NCBI GenBank assembly: GCA_905182185.1
Contig: CAJJAP010000001.1
Span: forward strand, 11,167-75,166
Origin: an uncultured Candidatus Poseidoniales archaeon
GTDB taxonomy: Archaea; Thermoplasmatota; Poseidoniia; Poseidoniales; Poseidoniaceae
Direction: 5' to 3'
DNA length: 64,000 nucleotides
Shown here: piece by piece, positions 11,257 to 20,525 of the stretch
Position numbering within the stretch: the first letter of the stretch is position 1
Layout: each line of letters begins with the position of its first letter
Program-made: the position numbers and the translations under genes
Notes under the pieces: model-generated
What the model saw: only the letters and a program-made list of their open reading frames with translations
The model's database searches: none
What the model was told of the DNA's origin: nothing

Positions 11257-12939
11257 ATGTCTGATGCAGTACAAGAAGGAGCAGTTATGCCGGAGGGCAT
11301 AGAAGTCGATGAGGCTGCTGCATACTTCGGTGTTGTTGAAACATCCGATGCAGTTCATCAGTTGATGGCAATGAACCGATTTGAAGCGATGGAAAATTTC
11401 TTTGCTCAATTATCGGACATAGTTTTAACCGCTGGAGAATTTGATTTTGAAGCCGCAAGTGAAAGAATGCAATGTGAAGGTGGAGAAATTTACTTTTTGG
11501 TTGCAGGTCATTTGTCATTATTGAATGTTACAGACCCACTATTGAATTATCTTGGTCTTGAAAACTCACTTGGTCAAGGTGCGGGGAATTGTCAGAGGGA
11601 AGCAACAGGTGCAGATTATGATTCACTCAAAGAATTATCAGACCCTATGAAGATTCTCAAACTATTAGCGATCGCATATACAACGGGTGGAAAAGGAGAA
11701 GTTACCCGTTATTTCAATGGCTTTGAGGCCTTAATATCCAATCCAGGGGCAAATGAAAGTGCACTTTTATCAATCAGCAATGAATTAATTATTTCATTGG
11801 ATGTTGCCGGGCATGCACTTCCGATTCCGACTCTAGCAAGTGGTAAAGCAGCGTCTGCTGCAGTTGCAATTCCTGCTGAAACTGCAAAACCAACAGTACA
11901 AACAAAACAAGGAGTAGTGCCACTTCAAACTCCAGCACATGAAAGCATCCCGCTACCAAGCGAAGGAACAATCCCTTTACCTTCTGCAGAAAGTAACGTT
12001 TCTGTGCCTGTAGCTGTGCCTATTCCAGTACCAGTGCCGGTAATGGCGGCTGAGATTGAACAAGCACCGGTAAATAATGAGAATCTAAAAGAAGTCGCAA
12101 AAGCCACTCAAGACGCATTTGCTGGCGCATTCAATATTGGTGTTGAAGAAGAAACAGCACCAGTGATTGAAGAAGAAACAGCACCAGTGGTTGAAGAAGA
12201 ACTAGTACCGGTAGTAGTTCCACAAGAAGTTGTCGAAGAAATACAACCAGAAGTTGTACAAGTTGAGCAATTAATTGTAACTAAATCAGAAGAGAATAAG
12301 CCACAACAAGATAAATTTGTAAGTGCAGCAGAACATTTTATTGCTGCAGATTCCGATGGTAGTGGCCAATTATCAATTGAGGAATTAGCGGAAGCGACTG
12401 ATTCTACAATAGAAGAAGCCACAGCACTTCATGCCCAAGCAGATACAGATGGAGATGGTTCTGTATCACTTTCAGAATTCATGTCCTCCGCAGCTGGTGA
12501 AAAAGCCGCTTCATTGCCAAAGCCTGTTGCCCCGGTACGCAAGCCTTTGAACGATAATGTACAACCAAAGGTGGAACAAGGAACAACCCCCACTCCTCAA
12601 CCTCGACCGATTCAATCCAATCAGCAACAGCAGCAAGAATGGAACCAACAGCAGCAACAACTGCAGCAACAGCAACAACAACAGCAACAATGGGATCAAC
12701 AGCAGCAACAACTGCAGCAACAACAGCAACAGCAACAGCAACAGCAACAATGGAACCAGCAACAACAGCAACAGCAACAGCAACAATGGAACCAGCAGCA
12801 ACAACAAGGTTGGAATCAACCACAAACAGCAGTTCAACCAACAATTCGTTCTGGTGTTATGTGCCGTGGATGTGGAATTGGATTAGATCCAAATTGGAAG
12901 CATTGCCCGATATGTGGCTCTGCAAATGCAGGTTACTGA
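11257..12939 (+). CDS. EF-hand pair / polyQ / C-terminal zinc-ribbon protein (function unknown)
   Basis: Canonical EF loops DSDGSGQLSIEE and DTDGDGSVSLSE. A Q tract is punctuated by W (QQQQQEWNQQQQQ...WDQQQQQ...WNQQQ). The C-terminus reads CRGCGIGLDPNWKHCPICG. ATG 11257 is preferred over TTG 11242. Confidence 0.7.
   Translation: MSDAVQEGAVMPEGIEVDEAAAYFGVVETSDAVHQLMAMNRFEAMENFFAQLSDIVLTAGEFDFEAASERMQCEGGEIYFLVAGHLSLLNVTDPLLNYLGLENSLGQGAGNCQREATGADYDSLKELSDPMKILKLLAIAYTTGGKGEVTRYFNGFEALISNPGANESALLSISNELIISLDVAGHALPIPTLASGKAASAAVAIPAETAKPTVQTKQGVVPLQTPAHESIPLPSEGTIPLPSAESNVSVPVAVPIPVPVPVMAAEIEQAPVNNENLKEVAKATQDAFAGAFNIGVEEETAPVIEEETAPVVEEELVPVVVPQEVVEEIQPEVVQVEQLIVTKSEENKPQQDKFVSAAEHFIAADSDGSGQLSIEELAEATDSTIEEATALHAQADTDGDGSVSLSEFMSSAAGEKAASLPKPVAPVRKPLNDNVQPKVEQGTTPTPQPRPIQSNQQQQQEWNQQQQQLQQQQQQQQQWDQQQQQLQQQQQQQQQQQQWNQQQQQQQQQQWNQQQQQGWNQPQTAVQPTIRSGVMCRGCGIGLDPNWKHCPICGSANAGY
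12620..12810 (+). repeat. CAG/CAA (polyglutamine-coding) low-complexity tract
   Basis: Mixed cag/caa codons run almost uninterrupted, with periodic tgg codons. Confidence 0.85.
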
Positions 12940-14097
12940 TTAAATCAAAAAATTCCCATCTTCGATAATTTGGTTATCATCAAGCCATACACTTGCTTTT
13001 TTCAATACACCAGGAATGTGTATTCCAACTGCAGCCGAGCCACCGAGGGAAGTATTATCGCCAATTGCGAAATAACAAGTGCCCAATCTTTTTTCATCTT
13101 CAAGAACGTTGCCAAGTAGCCTTGCCATCGGGTTCATTCCGAATCCGAATTCCGCAACAGTCCAAACATTTTCTCTTTGTTTGACATTTTGCCTTCTAGC
13201 CGCTTCTCCAAACTCTTGGCGGATAGAAGCAGCGATTGCACCACCTTTCACATCTACTACCAACCCTTCTTCAATGATGAAAGTAACAGGTTCATCAATC
13301 AAGTTAGATTCCCATGAACCATCGATTACGATTGTCCCATTCATACTATTCTCTCTTGGCAATACGAATACTTTGCCAGCAGGTAAATTAGTCAGCATTT
13401 TCGGACGGTTGCAGATGCCATTATCATCCATTTTCCATTCTCTCCAATTAACTTCAAAAGTAACATCAGTCCCACTCTTTGATTTGACATTAACAATTCT
13501 TCTACGCCTCAATACGGGCGATAGTTCACTTATCTTGCGCTTGATTTCTGTGAAATCAGCAGAAATACCGCCTTTGGTGAACATTTCAACATTCATTCCG
13601 GGCATTGTTGCCACTCTTGCACCATCTTTTAGTGCCTGACGTATTGCTTTAGTGTGGGTTAAAGAATACCTGGTTGGAGCAATAATTACAGATTGCTGGC
13701 GCATTAAATTTGCAACTGGGGTAGGAGGTTCATCGCCATGATGACGTCCTTTGGGCATGACTATCAGTAAAACACGGTCTGTTCTTTCAATAGCGGCCTC
13801 ATGTAGTGACTGGCCTATCTCTCCTGTGGTTGGATCACACACAATCAATACATTATCTGCTCGGCGAATATCTAGGCAAGTTCGAATAACAGTTTGTGAA
13901 CTCTTTTTTAACAAAGATGGAATATCATCTTCTATCTTTTCGTCATTACTACCATTACTATCTGATTCTGGTTTCTCATTATTCAAGACAATTTCAGAAG
14001 TTTTGTCATCTATTTCTCCAATGACTTCGATTAATTCATTGTCATCGGCGATTGGCGAGGGTTCTTTTCCGCCTTTTCGTCGGAATGGTTTCACCAT
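12940..14097 (-). CDS. Aminopeptidase, M29 (AmpS/PepS, aminopeptidase T) family
   Basis: The C-terminal block EFGFGMNPMARLLGNVLEDEKRLGTCYFAIGDN...GIHIPGV is typical of M29. Start M32 (MVKPF, 14097) is chosen to avoid overlap with the divergent M32 gene. Confidence 0.65.
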   Translation of the reverse strand: MVKPFRRKGGKEPSPIADDNELIEVIGEIDDKTSEIVLNNEKPESDSNGSNDEKIEDDIPSLLKKSSQTVIRTCLDIRRADNVLIVCDPTTGEIGQSLHEAAIERTDRVLLIVMPKGRHHGDEPPTPVANLMRQQSVIIAPTRYSLTHTKAIRQALKDGARVATMPGMNVEMFTKGGISADFTEIKRKISELSPVLRRRRIVNVKSKSGTDVTFEVNWREWKMDDNGICNRPKMLTNLPAGKVFVLPRENSMNGTIVIDGSWESNLIDEPVTFIIEEGLVVDVKGGAIAASIRQEFGEAARRQNVKQRENVWTVAEFGFGMNPMARLLGNVLEDEKRLGTCYFAIGDNTSLGGSAAVGIHIPGVLKKASVWLDDNQIIEDGNFLI

Positions 14098-14163
14098 GCA
14101 CAGTCCAATCCGCTTGAACCCTTCAATGTGTGCCAGTATTGTTGATACTATAACAGTGAATAG

Positions 14164-15699
14164 TTGATGAAGAAAGACCTCTTCGCTCAAATTATGAGCG
14201 CATATGGTGAATTCATTGAATTGGTAAAAGACATCTATCGACTGGGTGCATTACAAGGGCACTTGGGGTGGGATCAAGAAACAATAATGCCTCCTAAAGG
14301 CGCAGAAGTACGTGGTGAAATATTGGCATGGTTGGCCAAAGAAAGACATTTACGCATTACAGATTCCAACCTAGGGGAATTACTGACCAAGGTAGAAGCA
14401 GAAACTGTTCTTGATAGCGACCAATCTGCCAATGTCAGAGAAATGAGAAGAGTTTACGACAAATCAATAAAACTTCCAAGTGAATTCGTTTCAGAGTTTG
14501 CTAAAGCACGTTCTGAAGCATTACTTGGCTGGCAAAAAGCCAGAGCAGATTCTGATTTTTCTGCCTTCGAGGCCCAATTACAAAAGTTGGTTGATATGAC
14601 CAAACAGAAAATAGACTATTTTGGTATTACAACTACGGCATATGACGTCCTTCTTGATGAATTTGAAGTTGGTATGACCGTAGAAGACTATGACCCATTA
14701 TTCGCTGGATTAAAGGAAAAGTTAGTACCTCTTTTACAAAAAATATTGCACTCACAAAAAACCAATCCAGTTCCTAAACTACCCGAGGGCCTAACATTTT
14801 CAATAGCCGCACAAACAGAATTCTGCGAGAAAGTATCAACCAATATGGGGTTTGATTTTGAAGCGGGAAGAATGGATGCATCAACTCATCCATTTTCCGC
14901 AGGTTTGTGGCCTGGAGATACTCGCTTCACAACAAGGTTTGATGAAAAAGACCCATTTTCATGTTTATATGCAGTTATGCATGAAACAGGACATGCGTTG
15001 TATGAACAAGGATTAGCACGTGATTTTTCATTCACCCCAAGAGGCCAAGCGGTTTCTCTAGGAGTTCATGAATCTCAAAGTCGTCTTTGGGAAAACCAAA
15101 TTGGCCGCACTGAAGCATTTTGGAAAGTTGCAAACCCATGGTTCAGGGAACTATTCCCCGATTCACCTCAATGGGATGCAAAAACATTGAACAAAATAGC
15201 TAATACAGTATCAACAGGTTTTATTCGTGTAGAAGCAGATGAAGTGACTTATAATTTACACGTTATGCTACGCTATGAAATTGAAAAGAAATTATTCAAT
15301 GGAGACTTAACTGTAAAGGAACTTCCAGAGACTTGGAATAATATGTTTGAGGAATGGTTTGGAAACAAAGTCCCTACAGATTCAGAAGGATGTCTACAAG
15401 ACATTCATTGGTCGATGGCAGCATTCGGATATTTCCCAACATATACACTTGGAAACTTGTATGCAGCCCAATTACTAGAGTCTATGAGTGATGATTTAGG
15501 AGATATCGACCAAATAATAGCAAAGGGAGACTGGTCTTCACTATTGCAATGGCTACGTCCTCGCATTCATCATCAAGGCTCGGTTATGACACCTGCACAA
15601 TTGATAGAATCTGCAACAGGAAAACCTCCAAGCCCAGATGCTTTCATCAGATACATAGAGAGCAAATATGGTGAACTATATTCTCTAGATGAGAACTGA
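14164..15699 (+). CDS. Carboxypeptidase Taq-type metallopeptidase (M32)
   Basis: Contains HETGHALYE (HExxH), HESQSRLWEN and IRVEADEVTYNLH blocks. The ~510-aa length fits. Confidence 0.85.
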   Translation: MMKKDLFAQIMSAYGEFIELVKDIYRLGALQGHLGWDQETIMPPKGAEVRGEILAWLAKERHLRITDSNLGELLTKVEAETVLDSDQSANVREMRRVYDKSIKLPSEFVSEFAKARSEALLGWQKARADSDFSAFEAQLQKLVDMTKQKIDYFGITTTAYDVLLDEFEVGMTVEDYDPLFAGLKEKLVPLLQKILHSQKTNPVPKLPEGLTFSIAAQTEFCEKVSTNMGFDFEAGRMDASTHPFSAGLWPGDTRFTTRFDEKDPFSCLYAVMHETGHALYEQGLARDFSFTPRGQAVSLGVHESQSRLWENQIGRTEAFWKVANPWFRELFPDSPQWDAKTLNKIANTVSTGFIRVEADEVTYNLHVMLRYEIEKKLFNGDLTVKELPETWNNMFEEWFGNKVPTDSEGCLQDIHWSMAAFGYFPTYTLGNLYAAQLLESMSDDLGDIDQIIAKGDWSSLLQWLRPRIHHQGSVMTPAQLIESATGKPPSPDAFIRYIESKYGELYSLDEN

Positions 15700-15707
15700 T
15701 ATTGAAA

Positions 15708-16001
15708 TTATTCCTCTTCAGTCTTGTGTGAATCGATTAATGAATCCATTTTTGCGGCTAATTCATTCAAGGCTTGTTGTAAATCATTGGACCGATCATC
15801 TTCATAGTTTGTTCCAAATGTTGTTCCCAGCAACGTGATCATAGCACCAGATAACATAATCACAGCAGGCCAATAAACATCTGCTGCAATCATATCAGTT
15901 CCAGCATTCATGCCACCCCATATCGCTCCAACTAGAAAGGTGATAAACCCAATTATTACTTGTTGGTATCCATCTCCTAAATTTTCCTTAAGTGTATTCA
16001 T
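15708..16001 (-). CDS. Small membrane protein, function unknown
   Basis: Two or three hydrophobic helices followed by an acidic helical tail. No recognisable family. Confidence 0.45.
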   Translation of the reverse strand: MNTLKENLGDGYQQVIIGFITFLVGAIWGGMNAGTDMIAADVYWPAVIMLSGAMITLLGTTFGTNYEDDRSNDLQQALNELAAKMDSLIDSHKTEEE

Positions 16002-16095
16002 GTTGTTTCCCTCAATTATGTCTTATCGGTTTTACTTATAATATTCTGCGCTAAATGAGGTCATAATAGCGTTAATTATGAGAGGATGAATTTCT

Positions 16096-17508
16096 TCATT
16101 GCCAAGGGGCCATCACTATTGGAGAGCCAACTTGACCCCTTTCAACCAATAATTTACCTTTCTGTCCTGTACTCTTATCGCGTTTGAATACAGGAATACC
16201 TGCTACGATAGTAATTTGAGGCCAGCCGACCAATCTCCGTCCTCTAAATGGACTCCAACCGACACGTGTCCAGGTATTTTCATCAATAACTTCAACTTCA
16301 TTTTCTAAGTCAACTAGTACGACGTCACCATCTGCGCCTTCTATCAATTTACCTTTTCCAGACATGTTGTAGCAATCAGCAACATTAGTTGACATCCAAT
16401 TTACAACATCTTCAACAGTACACATTCCATTCTTAGCATGTGTAAGCATTACTGCCAGTGAGGTGCCAACACCCGGCATTCCACTCGGAGCCTTTGGAAA
16501 ACCCTCGGATTTTGAACTTAAGGTATGAGGTGCATGGTCTGTAGCAATACATTGAATGGTACCATCGTGAATACGTTGCCATAAAATTTCTTTATCTTGT
16601 TGATAGCGAATTGGTGGATTCATCTTTAGCCTAGTACCTTCTTTTTCCACATCAGATTCGGTAAATGTGAGGTGTTGAGGTAAAGTTTCTGTTGTGATAA
16701 TAGCACCTTCTCCTCTTTGAGAAGGAAGTCGAGTCCTACCAGCCAGCCAGTTTGCTTCCAAACCACTTGTTAGATGCAGGATATGTAGTCGATGACCACT
16801 ATTCTCTGCTAATTCAACAGCTAGTTGGGTGGCGAGTAATGCGGTAATATCGTCTCTCCACTCTGCATGAGCAGCCATGTCAGTTCTATTTTTGTAACTT
16901 TCAAAACGCTCTACCAACCGTTCTTCATCTTCTGCATGAACTGAAATTAATCCAGCAGTATTATCAAAAATAGTTTTCAAAGCCTCGCGTTCATTGACAA
17001 GCAAGTTTCCTGTAGATGACCCCATGAATACCTTGATGCCACAAATACCCGGAATTGAAATTGCTTGTTTTGGTTTACCAACTGCTAATTGTAATTGTTC
17101 AACATTTTTAGGAGTTGCTCCGATGAAAAATCCATAGTTGTTAACACACTTTGCAGCGGCAGTATCCAACTTTCCTTGCATACCCTCCATCGTCGTTATC
17201 GATGGATTGTTATTTGGCATATCTAGAAAAGAAGTAATTCCACCACTAACTGCAGCAGCACTACCACTTGCTAAGTCTTCTTTATCTGACTGGCCAGGGT
17301 CTCTAAAGTGGCATTGAGGGTCTATTGCGCCTGGAAGTAAATGAAGTCCAGTACCATCTATTAGCAATTCATCATCATTTGGCAATAATCCACCACCTAC
17401 GAGAATTTCAGAGATAATTCCTTCACTAATTCTCAAATCTCCAATTGCGGTTTGACTTGGAGTCACCATTGTTGCTCCACAAATCAATGCATTACCCTGT
17501 CTTAGCAT
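16096..17508 (-). CDS. pyrC: Dihydroorotase / cyclic amidohydrolase
   Basis: Contains DPQCHFRDPG, the IKVFMGSS lysine block, VHAED and ATDHAPH metal-ligand blocks. Confidence 0.75.
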   Translation of the reverse strand: MLRQGNALICGATMVTPSQTAIGDLRISEGIISEILVGGGLLPNDDELLIDGTGLHLLPGAIDPQCHFRDPGQSDKEDLASGSAAAVSGGITSFLDMPNNNPSITTMEGMQGKLDTAAAKCVNNYGFFIGATPKNVEQLQLAVGKPKQAISIPGICGIKVFMGSSTGNLLVNEREALKTIFDNTAGLISVHAEDEERLVERFESYKNRTDMAAHAEWRDDITALLATQLAVELAENSGHRLHILHLTSGLEANWLAGRTRLPSQRGEGAIITTETLPQHLTFTESDVEKEGTRLKMNPPIRYQQDKEILWQRIHDGTIQCIATDHAPHTLSSKSEGFPKAPSGMPGVGTSLAVMLTHAKNGMCTVEDVVNWMSTNVADCYNMSGKGKLIEGADGDVVLVDLENEVEVIDENTWTRVGWSPFRGRRLVGWPQITIVAGIPVFKRDKSTGQKGKLLVERGQVGSPIVMAPWQ

Positions 17509-17577
17509 AACCTTCCCTCAACTGTATGGCGATGACTCTAGCCCATCAACTAATCGCCTAGTGGGGGGGGTGGTATC

Positions 17578-18153
17578 TCATTTCGATTTGGGCCTAAAGG
17601 CGTTACAAATTTCCAGATTCATATCAATAAATGGTCCCTTCATTAAATCAATACAATAGGGGACCGCTCTCCATATTTCATCGATAGTCTCTCTTATCGC
17701 CTTCGGCCTACCTGGCAAATTGAATATTAGACAAGAGCCCCGAGTTCCACCGATTTGCCTTGAAAGAATTGCAGTAGGAACAAATGACAATGAGATAGCC
17801 CTCATCTGCTCGCCAAAACCATCCAAAATTCTGTCACAAACAGCAGCAGTGGCCTCTGGCGTAACATCACGCTTGGCAGGCCCAGTCCCTCCAGTGGTTA
17901 CGACAACACAGCAACCGATTTCATCGACCAATTCCTTTATTGATTGTTCAATTATTTGTTGATCATCACTAACGCACCTATAATGGACATTAATCGGGCT
18001 TTTTATCGCCTCTTCAAAAAATCCTAAAATCGCTGGCCCCCCTTGATCTACATATTGGCCTGCACTGGCTCTATCACTGGTAGTGATGATGCCAATATTG
18101 GCCAACTCACCAACGTGGTTATCTCTTCCTTCAATGACGGTTATTGACTGCAA
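17578..18153 (-). CDS. moaB: Molybdenum cofactor biosynthesis protein MoaB/MogA family
   Basis: Contains the TTGGTGPAKRDVTPEA signature. The ~190-aa length fits. Confidence 0.75.
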   Translation of the reverse strand: MQSITVIEGRDNHVGELANIGIITTSDRASAGQYVDQGGPAILGFFEEAIKSPINVHYRCVSDDQQIIEQSIKELVDEIGCCVVVTTGGTGPAKRDVTPEATAAVCDRILDGFGEQMRAISLSFVPTAILSRQIGGTRGSCLIFNLPGRPKAIRETIDEIWRAVPYCIDLMKGPFIDMNLEICNAFRPKSK

Positions 18154-18162
18154 TGCAAAACC

Positions 18163-20271
18163 TCAATTTTCGCCATATTTTGCTTGAACATCAGCGTGAA
18201 AATTATCGAGTAAAGTGTCCTCAAATAACTCGGTTTGCCTACGCATTTTTGTTGAACGCATGTGGAATACCGCTAGTAGAATAAATACGGTAATTACCAA
18301 TGGGATCACTGCTTCTAATTTGTAATGATGCATGACCTTGACAATACCTTCTGCAGTATATGCCCATGTGACTGAAGCAGCAACACCGCCAAGTCCAGTC
18401 GCTAACAATACTCTGGTAAAGTTCATTCTTGATAATAGCCCTAACATTGCCCCAACCAATACACCTGATGCCATAAATGGAATCCAAACGAAAGCGATTA
18501 GGCCCCAAAATCCCCAGCGATTAATAAAATCACGTTTTTCATTTGCCATATATTCGACAGTGGATAAAGCGTTGCCAATGAATTTTGTTTGCAGCATTTT
18601 TCCACCTAAACCATCTTGCTTTGCAATAGCAACAACTCTTTCATCATCCGAGCCACTCTTTTCTATTCTTCCAGCACCAGATCTATCTGCGAGAGTTGAA
18701 ACTTGATTTCTAGTTTTTATTATCAATTCTTGACTACCGAGTAAGTCTGAGTTACGTTGAGATATATATTCATATAATTCATCATGGATTTGGTCTGAGG
18801 TTTTCTTAAATCTAAAGAAAGCAAATCTCTGTGTAGGGTAATAAATCACTGATACGAATATCACTTTGTCATCACTTGTGACAACAGCGCCTTCCAAATT
18901 GACATCCGAACGACGTGTGAAGAAAAGGTCTAGAGAATCTCTTACTTCATCTTCAACTACGGATAATGTATGTAATTCCTTGAAGAATGAAGTGTAATCT
19001 TGCTCTGATTGGTCAGAATCCTTTCCTGCAGAACCGACGCCGACTCCAGAATCAAAGTCAACAACATGTCCGGTGCCTATTGTTCTAACAGTTAGTTGAA
19101 CTGGCTTGAATACTCTGAAAATTGCAAATTCATCAAGGATTTCTTTCAATACTTCCGCACGGACATCTCTATTATCTGAAAATGTCCCATCTGTATTCTT
19201 GTAGGGGACCATAATATCAATCGACAATTCTCTGGGTTCAATTTTATATAATTCCCAATCTATATCGATTTGTAATCTAGTAGCAGTATTTGTAATGGTA
19301 TCTTCAACCAGTCTCGTAATATGGGAGCGAGACAGCATATCGTCAGCTTCTTGATGGTATACCTTGTATGTAATTGGGTACAAGACCATCAATGAAATAA
19401 CTGAAAGTGAAAGCGAAACAAAAGCCATCCACCAAGCGGGGATGCCAGCAGAACCACCAGTTAGCATTGCAGTTTCTCTGCCGCCACCCAATTCAGCTCC
19501 CATCAAGAGATAGCCCCAATCTCCTAAATCCTGTACGCCCCAACACGATCTAGCACCTTGGTCAGTTATTCTAATATCTCTAATAGTTCCACTTGAGACG
19601 AATGGGAGGAAGTCAAAAGCCTTCTCTTTGTCCTCTATTTCAAAAAGTATTTTTTTACTTATTTGTTCTCCACCTTCAACTATAGTTGCATTTTGAAGAT
19701 CTGTATCATTATACACAGTTACGCGTAATATGATTTCATAATTACCAGTTTCAAGTTCTACATAAGATGCTCTATGGGAGGCTCTACCAGCAGCAGTTTC
19801 ACCTTCTCCGGCAACGGCTCTCGTAGTTTCTTCGGATGAAACAACATTTTCACTCTCGGCATGTATCTCTAGTATTGTATAATTCAGTACTGCAATTCCC
19901 AGCGGGAGGTTATGCCCTGCGATTGAAAATAGTTCGCGGTCAGTATCTGGGAAAATATGCAACCAAGGTTCATCGGTAATCTCTTCACATTCGTCGCCAA
20001 TATCCAAGAATGTAGTAGATGCTTTGTGGTCGATTGAGGTTGTATTGCCCACCATTCCGGAAGACATTGCAAATAGGAGGAGGGCGAAAACACCAGCGTA
20101 TACTATTCCTCCAAAAAGAACCAAATCTTCTTTACTACTCAAAAATGATTTGTTATCATTAGTTCTTCTTCGGCGAATCGTGCCAAGTTCTTTTGCGGTT
20201 TTATCGCGGATTTTTGTCTCGGGGTCAAGGCTCTCTTTAGGCATGTCTCCCCCGCTCACCGACTTCCCCAT
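18163..20271 (-). CDS. Large multi-pass membrane protein with a C-terminal small-multidrug-export-like (COG2426-type) domain
   Basis: The last ~130 aa (RWGFWGLIAFVWIPFMASGVLVGAMLGLLSRMNFTRVLLATGLGG...) resemble the Sm_multidrug_ex family. The ~560-aa N-terminal region has two TM segments and no recognisable domain. Confidence 0.5.
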   Translation of the reverse strand: MGKSVSGGDMPKESLDPETKIRDKTAKELGTIRRRRTNDNKSFLSSKEDLVLFGGIVYAGVFALLLFAMSSGMVGNTTSIDHKASTTFLDIGDECEEITDEPWLHIFPDTDRELFSIAGHNLPLGIAVLNYTILEIHAESENVVSSEETTRAVAGEGETAAGRASHRASYVELETGNYEIILRVTVYNDTDLQNATIVEGGEQISKKILFEIEDKEKAFDFLPFVSSGTIRDIRITDQGARSCWGVQDLGDWGYLLMGAELGGGRETAMLTGGSAGIPAWWMAFVSLSLSVISLMVLYPITYKVYHQEADDMLSRSHITRLVEDTITNTATRLQIDIDWELYKIEPRELSIDIMVPYKNTDGTFSDNRDVRAEVLKEILDEFAIFRVFKPVQLTVRTIGTGHVVDFDSGVGVGSAGKDSDQSEQDYTSFFKELHTLSVVEDEVRDSLDLFFTRRSDVNLEGAVVTSDDKVIFVSVIYYPTQRFAFFRFKKTSDQIHDELYEYISQRNSDLLGSQELIIKTRNQVSTLADRSGAGRIEKSGSDDERVVAIAKQDGLGGKMLQTKFIGNALSTVEYMANEKRDFINRWGFWGLIAFVWIPFMASGVLVGAMLGLLSRMNFTRVLLATGLGGVAASVTWAYTAEGIVKVMHHYKLEAVIPLVITVFILLAVFHMRSTKMRRQTELFEDTLLDNFHADVQAKYGEN

Positions 20272-20376
20272 ATTATCGGAAGAAAAGCATTAGCACATGA
20301 AGTATACTCTTGAAATCTACAAAAAATTGTTCTTGAAAGAAAAACAATTAATGCGAATCGCGAACATTTGAACAGT

Positions 20377-20452
20377 TGGTGGGTAAGGCCGGACTTGAAC
20401 CAGCGACCTCGGCATCTTCAGTGCCGCGCTCTCCCAACTAAGCTACTTACCC
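20377..20452 (-). tRNA. tRNA-Phe (GAA) with genomically encoded CCA
   Basis: The reverse complement folds as GGGTAAG-TA-GCTT-AGTTGGGA-GAGC-G-CGGCA-CTGAAGA-TGCCG-AGGTC-GCTGG-TTCAAGT-CCGGC-CTTACCC-A-CCA. All stems pair. Confidence 0.9.
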
Positions 20453-20525
20453 TTACACATTGGCGGTTCCCCTCGCCATATCAAGGCTTTTGTTGCAGTG
20501 CTTTGCTTCTCTCAAGGTCAAAGAT

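Noticed and set aside
12479-12968. ORFs 12479..12844, 12511..12837 (-), 12557..12886 and 12639..12968 (+) over the polyQ tract
   Set aside because: CAG/CAA repeats read as poly-L, poly-A/V or poly-S/N in other frames. They are artefacts of the repeat, and the Q frame is continuous with the EF-hands and zinc ribbon.
13079-14167. Plus-strand ORFs 13079..13639 (186 aa) and 13751..14167 (138 aa)
   Set aside because: They are antisense to the well-supported M29 aminopeptidase gene and their low-complexity S/L/P-rich translations have no motifs.
17563-17570. Intergenic G8 runs (17563-17570 and 38617-38624) and a G7 run inside the NFACT gene (27154-27160), considered as phase-variation or G-quadruplex elements
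   Set aside because: These are single isolated runs without the four-tract spacing needed for a quadruplex. The coding G7 run is in frame. There is no evidence beyond their presence, though they are worth remembering as error-prone sites.
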